DNA of 37,695 bases. It comes from an uncultured Bacteroidales bacterium (GTDB lineage: Bacteria; Bacteroidota; Bacteroidia; Bacteroidales; JAIOZK01). Made by a program: the position numbers and the translations under genes. The stretch is from assembly GCA_964611705.1 (NCBI GenBank), contig CAZTAW010000002.1, positions 1 to 37,695 on the forward strand, in the 5' to 3' direction. This document shows, piece by piece, positions 21,175 through 29,187 of the stretch (its first letter is position 1; the number at the start of each line of letters is the position of its first letter). The notes beneath the pieces were generated by a model. That model was not told where the DNA came from, searched no databases, and saw nothing but the letters and a program-made list of their open reading frames with translations.

Positions 21175-23273
21175 TCGTATTTGTTTTCAATTTTCTCAAT
21201 GCCGTCCCAGTTTTCCGAAACACCTTCGCGCAGTATTTTTTTGCATCTTTGAATGTAAATATTGGCAGCCAGGTCTTCGGGGTTTTCCGAGAACACGGTA
21301 ATAAACAATTCAAGTGCTTTTTCAAACTGCATGTTTTTATAAAGCTGAAGGGCTTTACTGAATTCACTTTTTGTTTTGATCTTTAGCAGTTTGCTTTCTT
21401 CTTTTTCACCGTCAAGGATTTCAAAAATATAAACCGCTTCTTTTTTCCCTTTTACTTTTACAATATCAAGAAATCTGTAATTATACTGCGATGGATCGTT
21501 CAATCTGATCAATGTATCTTCTGACATAATAATAGAGGCGCCATAGAGTTTCGTCAATCCCTCAAGACGGGAGGTGAGGTTAACGGCATCGGAGATTACA
21601 GTTCCGTCCATACGGCCTTCGCCTCCTACGATGCCAAGCATCAGGTTGCCGGTATGTATGCCAATTCCGATCTGTATAGGAGGCTTTCCAAATTGACTGA
21701 TCACATGGTTAAATTCAACCAGCTTGATCTGCATTTCTATGGCCGCATTGATGGCATCTTCGGCTTTATCGCTGAAGAGTGCCATGATGGAATCGCCGAT
21801 GTATTTGTCAACAAAACCCTGGTTATTCCTGATCACGGGTTCCATGTAACCCAGGTAATTATTCAGGAAATTGAAGTTTTCGCGGGGTGTCATCTCTTCC
21901 GATATTCCTGTAAAATTGCGAATGTCAGCAAAAAGGATGCTCATTTCTTTTTGCACCTGGTCGCCAAGATGGATATCGGCAATGTTTTCTTTCTGCAGGA
22001 ATTCGAGGAATTGTTTGGGAACAAAACGGGAATTCGCCTCATTGATCTTAGAAATACTTTCGATGTATTCGTTGATGCGGCGCGCCATGTCGTTGTATCC
22101 TTCGGTTAAAACACCCAGTTCGTCGTTGGTGCGTACAATGCTGTACTGGTTTATTTCACCGCGTCCTGTGGCCTGCATGTTGACCAGAAGCTCCCTGACG
22201 GGTTCAACAATGTCGCGGGTTGTCCAGGTAACAAAAAATAGCAGGTAAATAACGGCAATGATAATTCCTGTAAATATGCCGGAAAACATTAGCAGGCTGT
22301 CGAGGACATTTACATAGAAAAATTCTCCGTACAGGTTGATCTGTATGGATGAAAAATAGGCCAGGTAATTACCGAAAAGGATTTTCAGTTGCTCGGGTGT
22401 GGGGTTTTCAATCCCGGTTTCACGCAGTGTGGAGACGCTGAGCAATAAATAAAACATCACAATAAATAACGGAAGCAAGGTAGTCATTGCATTTGAAGTC
22501 CAGAGCCTGAATCTTACCTTACCGGCTTTTACTTTGAATATTCTTTTCCTGAGTTCATGGGTTGAATAAACATGATCGATGTAACGGAGATGAACGCGGT
22601 GTTTTTCCCAGAAATAAACAAACAGCAATGTAAGAATGGTTGAAACCAATGAGATGATAAAGAAACGCAGGAAAAAACGTTGTGTGATCTCATCGAAAGT
22701 GTTGGTGAAGATCAAAATAAAAAGCATGTATATCAATGTGATTCCGAATGAAATAAACAATATACCTACATTAATAACAGGAACTTTAAGCAGGAATTTT
22801 TTGCAAAACTTATGCAGCTTTTCCGGTATGGGTTTGTTTTTTCGTTTTTTTGAAAAATAGATTTTGAATGGAAGGTTGAACGCCAGCCCGAGTAAAAAGC
22901 TCACCATTAGCAGCTTGATCAGGGTAATAACAGTAGTATTAAATTTATTACTGCCAGATTGTGTGGAGGAATCGTTACCAACCTCTATATTAATATTTTC
23001 TTCCGGTCCGGTGGTATCAAAAACAATAACGCTGTCGGCCACCAGGCTAATGTCATCTTCGGGAATTATTTTTGTGAGGTTGCCGGCATCGAATTCCTGT
23101 TCTGTTTGTTCAGTATCATTTTGTGGGTGCCGGTTTTGTTGTGCCATCCAGTTAGGCCCGTATTTTGCAAGCAGAAAAAGGGCAATGGGCATAACCAGTA
23201 AAAAATAGATCAATACCGAAACCAGATAAATCCTTAAGCCATGAAACCTGGGTACCTTTCTTCTGTCAGACAT
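21171..23273 (-). CDS. membrane-bound class III adenylate/guanylate cyclase with HAMP domain and C-terminal TPR-like tail
   Basis: 700 aa with a multi-TM N-terminal half and a HAMP-like linker (VEPVRELLVNMQATGRGE...ELGVLTEGYNDMARRINE). The cyclase core has SILFADIRNFTG, KYIGDSIMALF, IGIHTG and DAVNLTSRLEG. Confidence 0.9.
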   Translation of the reverse strand: MSDRRKVPRFHGLRIYLVSVLIYFLLVMPIALFLLAKYGPNWMAQQNRHPQNDTEQTEQEFDAGNLTKIIPEDDISLVADSVIVFDTTGPEENINIEVGNDSSTQSGSNKFNTTVITLIKLLMVSFLLGLAFNLPFKIYFSKKRKNKPIPEKLHKFCKKFLLKVPVINVGILFISFGITLIYMLFILIFTNTFDEITQRFFLRFFIISLVSTILTLLFVYFWEKHRVHLRYIDHVYSTHELRKRIFKVKAGKVRFRLWTSNAMTTLLPLFIVMFYLLLSVSTLRETGIENPTPEQLKILFGNYLAYFSSIQINLYGEFFYVNVLDSLLMFSGIFTGIIIAVIYLLFFVTWTTRDIVEPVRELLVNMQATGRGEINQYSIVRTNDELGVLTEGYNDMARRINEYIESISKINEANSRFVPKQFLEFLQKENIADIHLGDQVQKEMSILFADIRNFTGISEEMTPRENFNFLNNYLGYMEPVIRNNQGFVDKYIGDSIMALFSDKAEDAINAAIEMQIKLVEFNHVISQFGKPPIQIGIGIHTGNLMLGIVGGEGRMDGTVISDAVNLTSRLEGLTKLYGASIIMSEDTLIRLNDPSQYNYRFLDIVKVKGKKEAVYIFEILDGEKEESKLLKIKTKSEFSKALQLYKNMQFEKALELFITVFSENPEDLAANIYIQRCKKILREGVSENWDGIEKIENKYD

Positions 23274-23357
23274 TACTCCATTTAAGTTTTTGTAAAATTA
23301 AATAAATTAGTTAATTATTACAAAGTGATGGCATAAAGAATAAGCTGAAATTTTTTA

Positions 23358-23365
23358 TATATTTG
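23358..23365 (+). promoter_or_regulatory. Bacteroidota-type -7 promoter box candidate (TAnnTTTG)
   Basis: TATATTTG lies 19 nt upstream of the ATG at 23384, inside the 110-bp divergent intergenic region. No clear -33 TTTG was seen. Confidence 0.3.
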
Positions 23366-23383
23366 GGTAATGTTTAGAATTTT

Positions 23384-24367
23384 ATGTTTATGACCGTATC
23401 AGCAATGCGTTTATTCTTATCATTTATATTTTTAGTTTTATTGTTTCCGCTTTCGGGTCAGGAATTAACAAAGCTCAGATTTACTCCACACTGGCTACCG
23501 CAAGCGCAGTTTGCAGGTTATTATGTTGCCAGGGAAAAAGGTATTTATGAAAAATACGGCCTGGATGTGGAGGTGTTGATGGGAGGGCATAATTTTCCTG
23601 CTATTCCTGTTCTTACGGAAGACAAGACCGATCTGGTAAGTATGTTTCTGTCAGGGGCTATAAAAGCGAAAGCAAGAGGCGTTGATATGGTTGATGTATG
23701 CCAGCTTTCGCAGCGTTCGGCCCTGATATTCGTGTCAAAAAAAGAAAGCGGTATTGATAAACCCGATGGCTTTAACGGAAAGAAAATCGGTGTCTGGCGA
23801 TCCGATTTCCAGGAATTACCCCGCGCTTTTTTAAACAAGTTTGATATTGATGCGGAAATCGTTCCCATTACCAGTACCGTTAATTTATTTCTGTGGGGCG
23901 GAATTGACATCATGTGCGTTATGTGGTACAATGAATATCATCAGATCCTGAATTTCGGAATCAACCCTGATGAATTGAATACCTTTCATTTTTATGATTA
24001 CGATTTAAACTATCCCGAAGACGGTATCTTTTGCATGGAATCATTTTACCATGAAAATAAGGAAGCGGTTGAAAAATTTGTCAAGGCAACAATTGAAGGC
24101 TGGAATTATGCTTTTGCCCATAAAGAAGAAGCGCTTGATATTGTTCTCGAAAGAATGGAAAAGGTAATGGTGCCTGCTAACAGGGCTCACCAGCAATGGA
24201 TGCTGAACCGTATGCAGGATGTTTTTATTTTACAGGAAGGGGATAAGATCACAGGATGTCTTAAGAAGGAGGATTATCTGAGTACTGCCCGTGTTTTGCT
24301 GAAATCCGGGGTTATTGATAATATTCCTGATTTTGAGGAATTTAACAAAACACCGGAGGGGAAATGA
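23384..24367 (+). CDS. periplasmic solute-binding protein, NMT1/THI5 (NitT/TauT-like) family
   Basis: 327 aa with a signal peptide. LRFTPHWLPQAQFAGYYVAREKGIYEKYGLDVEV is typical of NMT1-like SBPs. No permease or ATPase gene is nearby. Its stop overlaps the start of the sensor gene (ATGA). Confidence 0.7.
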   Translation: MFMTVSAMRLFLSFIFLVLLFPLSGQELTKLRFTPHWLPQAQFAGYYVAREKGIYEKYGLDVEVLMGGHNFPAIPVLTEDKTDLVSMFLSGAIKAKARGVDMVDVCQLSQRSALIFVSKKESGIDKPDGFNGKKIGVWRSDFQELPRAFLNKFDIDAEIVPITSTVNLFLWGGIDIMCVMWYNEYHQILNFGINPDELNTFHFYDYDLNYPEDGIFCMESFYHENKEAVEKFVKATIEGWNYAFAHKEEALDIVLERMEKVMVPANRAHQQWMLNRMQDVFILQEGDKITGCLKKEDYLSTARVLLKSGVIDNIPDFEEFNKTPEGK

Positions 24368-26733
24368 AAGCGAAAGGCCTGGGCGTTAAACTGGCATTTT
24401 ATATTATTACGGCTACTATTATCATCGTAGGTGCAATTCTCTGGATCAACCACTCCATTTCAAAAAAACTTTTGCTTAAAAATGTTGAGGAAAATGCCGC
24501 CAATCTCACCCAGTCAACTGTAAACAAAATAGAAGGTGTTTTGGGAACCGTTGCTAAAATACCTGAAAATGAGTCTTATGTATTCAAGGATTTTGATATT
24601 ACCACTGAACAATTGCATTCCTATATTAGAATGATCGTTAAGAACAATAAGGAAGTATTCGGGGGTTGTGTGGCATTTGAACCTTATTCTTATTATAAAG
24701 ATTCTCTTTATTTTGCTCCTTATTGCTATAAGAGCGAGGATTCAATTATCTGTGAGAATCTGGGTACTGAAACGTACCAGTATTTTTACTGGGACTGGTA
24801 CCAGATACCGTCCATTCTGCAAAAGCCTGTCTGGTCGGAGCCGTATTTTGATGAAGGCGGAGGGAATATTTTGATGTGTACCTATTCGGTTCCTTTTTAC
24901 AGGAAAAGTAATGGAGAAAAAAAATTCAGGGGAGTTGTAACGGTTGATATTTCACTGGAATGGCTGGATGAGCTGGTTTCTTGCATAAAAATATACGAGC
25001 ATGGCTACGCTTTTCTGCTTTCGCAAAATGGTACGGTTATTACCCATCCGAATGATAAATATGAAATGCATCAAACTGTTTTCAGCCTGGCAGAAGAATA
25101 TAATGTACCTGAGTTGCGGGAGGTAGGCCGGAAAATGATCAGTGGTAAAAGCGGATTTATTGAGTATACTTCCATTTATACGCATCAGGAGGGTTTTATG
25201 TATTACTATCCTCTTGAAACAACCGGTTGGTCGCTCGCTGTATTGATTCCAAGAGAAGAGTTATTTGCCGACCTTTATGCATTAAACAAACGTTTGCTGT
25301 TAATAGGTGTTATCGGAATTATTGTTTTGCTGGTATTGATAGTCGCTACTTCTCAGCGTATTACGGGTCCGCTGAGAAAACTTGTTAAGGTTACTGATAA
25401 TATAGGAAAAGGTAATTTTGATGTTGTTTTGCCACCAGTAAAGGGAAATGATGAGATCGCCAAGCTTAACAGCTCAATTTCGGCTATGCAGCGCGAATTA
25501 AAGACCTATATCAGGAATTTAAAAGATACCACAGCAGCCAAGGAAAAAATTGAAAGCGAGCTGAAAATTGCCCATGATATTCAACAGGGGATTATTCCGA
25601 AGATATTTCCTCCTTTTCCCGAAAGGGATGATGTTGATCTGTATGCAGTTTTGGATCCGGCACGCGATGTGGGCGGTGACCTATATGATTTTTTCTTCCT
25701 GGATGATTATAATCTCTGTTTTGCAGTGGGTGATGTTTCCGGAAAAGGAGTGCCTGCTTCATTGTTTATGGCGATTACACGTACGTTGTTGCGTGCCAAA
25801 GTTTCAATTGATCTTCCTGTAAATGAAATTGTGAAAAGCATAAATCTGGAATTATGCCAGGGAAACGAAAACAGCATGTTCGTTACTTTCTTCCTTGGTA
25901 TAATTGACCTGAAAAACGGATTAGTGAATTACTGCAATGCGGGGCATAACCTTCCTTATATTCTCAGGAGCGATTGTAAAATTGAAACTCTTACCGGTAC
26001 ACATGGTACGCCAATGGGGATTTTTGAGGATATGGAATATAAAACCGAAACACTACAGCTCAATAATACGGATACACTGGTAATTTATACCGACGGTGTT
26101 CCTGAAGCAATGAATTTCAATAATGAACTGTTTGGAGATGACCGGTTAAAAAAACTTCTTCTGCAATTTTGCAGAACAAACCCAATTGATGTTACAACCG
26201 CAATGGTAAATGAAGTGAAAAAGTATACAGGTGAAGCCGAACAGTCGGATGATATAACGATTTTATCTTTAACCTTCTTTTCTGATAAAAAAGTGAAAAA
26301 ACATATTGACGATACCAGGGAATTGATCCTCAGAAATGATATTGCTGAACTGTATAATCTTAAAAAATATATAGACAGCCTGGCGCTTGAATGGAAGATG
26401 GATCAGAAACTTGTTATTAACATCAACCTCGTTCTTGAAGAAGTGCTGACGAATATTATTTTTTACGGATACGCTGATAAGCAGCAGCATCAGATATTGT
26501 TGTTTTTCAGTAAACAGGATGGCCGACTTGAGATACGCGTTGAAGATGATGCCAGGCCCTTTAATCCCCTTGAAACGGATATACCGGAAGATTTTGACAA
26601 GCCATTGGAGAAACGCAAAATTGGCGGCCTTGGCATACACCTGATGAAAAACTTAATGGATAACTTTAGCTATAAACGCGAAAACAATAAGAATATACTC
26701 ATTCTAATTAAAAATTGTAGTATAAATGCATAA
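24364..26733 (+). CDS. membrane sensor: Cache-like periplasmic domain - HAMP - PP2C/SpoIIE phosphatase - RsbW-type HATPase domain
   Basis: 789 aa. TM1 spans aa 10-30, followed by an extracytoplasmic region of about 280 aa, TM2 (LLLIGVIGIIVLLVLIVATS) and a HAMP linker. PP2C motifs are DVGGDLYDFF, GDVSGKGVPASLFMA, YTDGVPEA and SDDITILSL. The C-terminal HATPase_c_2-like domain has EEVLTNIIFYGY, VEDDARPFNP and GGLGIHLMKNLMD. Confidence 0.85.
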   Translation: MKAKGLGVKLAFYIITATIIIVGAILWINHSISKKLLLKNVEENAANLTQSTVNKIEGVLGTVAKIPENESYVFKDFDITTEQLHSYIRMIVKNNKEVFGGCVAFEPYSYYKDSLYFAPYCYKSEDSIICENLGTETYQYFYWDWYQIPSILQKPVWSEPYFDEGGGNILMCTYSVPFYRKSNGEKKFRGVVTVDISLEWLDELVSCIKIYEHGYAFLLSQNGTVITHPNDKYEMHQTVFSLAEEYNVPELREVGRKMISGKSGFIEYTSIYTHQEGFMYYYPLETTGWSLAVLIPREELFADLYALNKRLLLIGVIGIIVLLVLIVATSQRITGPLRKLVKVTDNIGKGNFDVVLPPVKGNDEIAKLNSSISAMQRELKTYIRNLKDTTAAKEKIESELKIAHDIQQGIIPKIFPPFPERDDVDLYAVLDPARDVGGDLYDFFFLDDYNLCFAVGDVSGKGVPASLFMAITRTLLRAKVSIDLPVNEIVKSINLELCQGNENSMFVTFFLGIIDLKNGLVNYCNAGHNLPYILRSDCKIETLTGTHGTPMGIFEDMEYKTETLQLNNTDTLVIYTDGVPEAMNFNNELFGDDRLKKLLLQFCRTNPIDVTTAMVNEVKKYTGEAEQSDDITILSLTFFSDKKVKKHIDDTRELILRNDIAELYNLKKYIDSLALEWKMDQKLVININLVLEEVLTNIIFYGYADKQQHQILLFFSKQDGRLEIRVEDDARPFNPLETDIPEDFDKPLEKRKIGGLGIHLMKNLMDNFSYKRENNKNILILIKNCSINA

Positions 26734-28234
26734 AGAAAAACAGGTAATTATTACCATTCCCAACGATTTGATGTTTGCAGAACTGGTCATTGAAAATGCA
26801 AGGCAATCAGCCAGGCTGATGGAGTTTGCTGATAAGTCAATTCGTGAAATAGAGCTTGGAACCGAAGAAGCCATTAGTAATATTATAAAGAATGCTTTTG
26901 AAGAAGAACAGGAAGAAACAATTGATGTGATTTTTAATTTGAAACAAACCGGGCTGGAAATTATTATGAAGGAGAAAGGAATTCCATGGGATCCGGAAGT
27001 GGTTTCGGAATTCACACCGGAAAAGTTTAAAGAAAGCGGTTCCGAAGAAGGTTTGGGCATGTATCTGATGAAGCGTTTTATGGATTCATTTTCATTTGAA
27101 AATCTTGGTAAGCAAGGCAAGGAAACACGTTTGTTTAAATATCTTGATCAGAGCAAAATTGAAAATATTCTTTCCAATGAAGAACTCCAAAAAGCAGAAG
27201 AAGAACGCAAAGCTGAAAAGCTTCCCAAAGGCAGTGTAAAGTATACTGTCAGGATGCTGAAGCCGGAAGAAGCTGTTGGGGTTTCTGTTTGTGCCTATGC
27301 TTCGTATGGATATACATATGTTCATGAAGATATTTATTATCCTGACCGTGTTCGTGCTTTGAATAAAAGTGGTGACTTGTTGTCATTTGTAGCCATAAAA
27401 GATAATGGTGAAGTTATTGCCCATGCTGCCCTTGAAAGAGAAGACGATCCGCTTGTACCGGAATTTGGTGTTGCAGCTACAAAACCCAGGTATCGCGGAC
27501 AGGGTTGTTTGAATGCGATCAGTATTTACAGGAAGAAAAAAGCCAAAGAGTTCAATTTCCTGGGTATATACGGAAAAGGCATAACAACCCATTTCTTTTC
27601 GCAAAAATCAATGCTTAAACATGGAATGAATCCTTGTGCATTGTTTTTGTCGAGCGGAATGGAACGAAAGTATAAAGATATAGAACAGAAAAAAATACAG
27701 CGCGAAAGCGTTTTTATTCATTTTCAATATATGAATCCGCCTGAAAAGATTTCAATTTTCCCCCCTGAAAAACATGCCGGTTTTATTGAAGAATTGTTCG
27801 GAAAAATTGGTGTTAAACCTGAAGTTGCAAAAGTTGAAACAGACATCAAGCCCTTAGCAGATGAAGCGAAGTTAAGTGTTAAAACTTACCTGAGTAGCAT
27901 GACTTCCAATATCAAGATCATTGAATACGGGAAAAATGTTGTTAGAGAGGTTAATGCCCAACTCAAAAAGCTATGCCTTGAAAGGGTGGAATCAATTTAT
28001 TTGTTTTTACCCCTATGTGATAAAAATACAGCAGTATATTGCGAAGCATTTGAAAAAATTGGATTTTTCTTTGCCGGAATCAAACCTGCCTCCGGTTTCC
28101 GGGATGCATTGGTTTTGCAGTATCTGAATAATTATGAGATAGATTATGATTTGATCGCAGTAGGTTGCGAATTTTCAGAACGCATAAAAAAATACGTCAG
28201 AAAAAGTCAGCAGGAAGTAAAACAGAATCAATAA
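26726..28234 (+). CDS. RsbW-type anti-sigma-kinase-like domain fused to a GNAT acetyltransferase-like domain
   Basis: 502 aa. The N-terminal domain has GTEEAISNIIKNAFEE, KEKGIPWDP and EGLGMYLMKRFMDSF. The central GNAT has VAIKDNGEVIAHAALE and FGVAATKPRYRGQGCLNAI (motif A). The C-terminal ~180 aa are unassigned. It overlaps the upstream gene by 8 nt. Confidence 0.7.
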   Translation: MHKEKQVIITIPNDLMFAELVIENARQSARLMEFADKSIREIELGTEEAISNIIKNAFEEEQEETIDVIFNLKQTGLEIIMKEKGIPWDPEVVSEFTPEKFKESGSEEGLGMYLMKRFMDSFSFENLGKQGKETRLFKYLDQSKIENILSNEELQKAEEERKAEKLPKGSVKYTVRMLKPEEAVGVSVCAYASYGYTYVHEDIYYPDRVRALNKSGDLLSFVAIKDNGEVIAHAALEREDDPLVPEFGVAATKPRYRGQGCLNAISIYRKKKAKEFNFLGIYGKGITTHFFSQKSMLKHGMNPCALFLSSGMERKYKDIEQKKIQRESVFIHFQYMNPPEKISIFPPEKHAGFIEELFGKIGVKPEVAKVETDIKPLADEAKLSVKTYLSSMTSNIKIIEYGKNVVREVNAQLKKLCLERVESIYLFLPLCDKNTAVYCEAFEKIGFFFAGIKPASGFRDALVLQYLNNYEIDYDLIAVGCEFSERIKKYVRKSQQEVKQNQ

Positions 28235-28272
28235 AAATTAATATCATTGTAACAGAATAAAGTTCTAAAGAC

Positions 28273-28605
28273 ATGGAAATTACTACCCGGAAAAAACAAA
28301 ATTATACCATCGTAGTCATTGATGGAAGACTTGATACAACCAATTATCAGGAACTGGAAAAAGAATTGCAAAAGTTGCTGGAATCAAATGTTAGTAATTT
28401 GATCATTAATTGTGAGAATCTTGAATATATAAGTAGTAGCGGTTTACGTGTGTTTTTAATGTTCCTGAAAAAGATCAGGGCTTTGGATGGAAAGTTTTTG
28501 ATTTGCAATATGCAGGAGAGTATCAGGGAAATATTCCAGATTTCAGGGTTTACAAGTATATTTGATATTTACGAAAATCAGGACAGGGCAGAGGCTGTCA
28601 TGTAA
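28273..28605 (+). CDS. STAS-domain anti-sigma factor antagonist (SpoIIAA/RsbV-like)
   Basis: 110 aa. VIDGRLDTTNYQELEKEL...LIINCENLEYISSSGLRVFL carries the conserved phosphorylatable serine context, with SSSGL corresponding to DSSGL. Confidence 0.9.
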   Translation: MEITTRKKQNYTIVVIDGRLDTTNYQELEKELQKLLESNVSNLIINCENLEYISSSGLRVFLMFLKKIRALDGKFLICNMQESIREIFQISGFTSIFDIYENQDRAEAVM

Positions 28606-28648
28606 TTGTTCTCCCTTCACCTCTTCTTATTTATACACTTGTCTGAAT

Positions 28649-28692
28649 AAGCTGATTTTGACAGAAAAATCATTTGATAAGCTTTTTTTTTT
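28649..28692 (+). terminator. possible intrinsic terminator after the STAS gene
   Basis: An interrupted AT-rich stem is formed by AAGCT 28649..28653 with AGCTT 28680..28684, and TGATTTT 28653..28659 with AAAATCA 28666..28672. It runs into a 10-nt T-run at 28683..28692. The stem is weak. Confidence 0.35.
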
Positions 28693-28709
28693 ATTTTTGC
28701 CGAAAATTA

Positions 28710-28740
28710 ATCAGGTAATTGAAGTGTTGCATTACCTGAT
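28710..28740. promoter_or_regulatory. 10-bp perfect inverted repeat upstream of the His-rich protein / TonB receptor pair (operator or RNA hairpin candidate)
   Basis: ATCAGGTAAT (28710..28719), an 11-nt spacer, then ATTACCTGAT (28731..28740). The repeat ends 12 nt before the ATG at 28753. Confidence 0.35.
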
Positions 28741-28752
28741 TATACAGAATAT

Positions 28753-29130
28753 ATGAAATCAATTAAGGGTAAAAATGTGAAATTGTTTTTTGCGGGTTTG
28801 TTTCTGGCAGTGACAATGGCCCTTGTATATAATAATGCATTTTTTACCCATACTCACAAGCTTCCCGACGGAACGATTATACAACATGCCCACCCCTATA
28901 AAAGTGATGCGGATTCTTCTTCACCCTTCAAAAACCACCATCATACCTCATTTGAATTTCTTGTACTCAATAACCTGGGCGTTTTTATTCTTCTTACCTG
29001 CCTGGCATTTTTCTTTTTCGATAAAGGGATACCATCTTTAATAACTGATCATTACTTTTTTGTAGAATACTCATCTTATCATTTATATCATTTCTATCGG
29101 GGGCCGCCACTTAAAATGATCTCTTTTTAA
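28753..29130 (+). CDS. small His-rich membrane protein (two TM helices), unknown family
   Basis: 125 aa. An N-terminal TM helix is followed by the His cluster HTHKLPDGTIIQHAHPY...KNHHHTSFEF, a second TM (LGVFILLTCLAFFFF) and a C-terminal FYRGPP. It ends 57 nt upstream of the TonB-dependent receptor. Confidence 0.55.
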   Translation: MKSIKGKNVKLFFAGLFLAVTMALVYNNAFFTHTHKLPDGTIIQHAHPYKSDADSSSPFKNHHHTSFEFLVLNNLGVFILLTCLAFFFFDKGIPSLITDHYFFVEYSSYHLYHFYRGPPLKMISF

Positions 29131-29187
29131 TTTACTTCTTATCAATTTTTCAATTTAATATTATTCACGAATAAAATCATTACTGAA

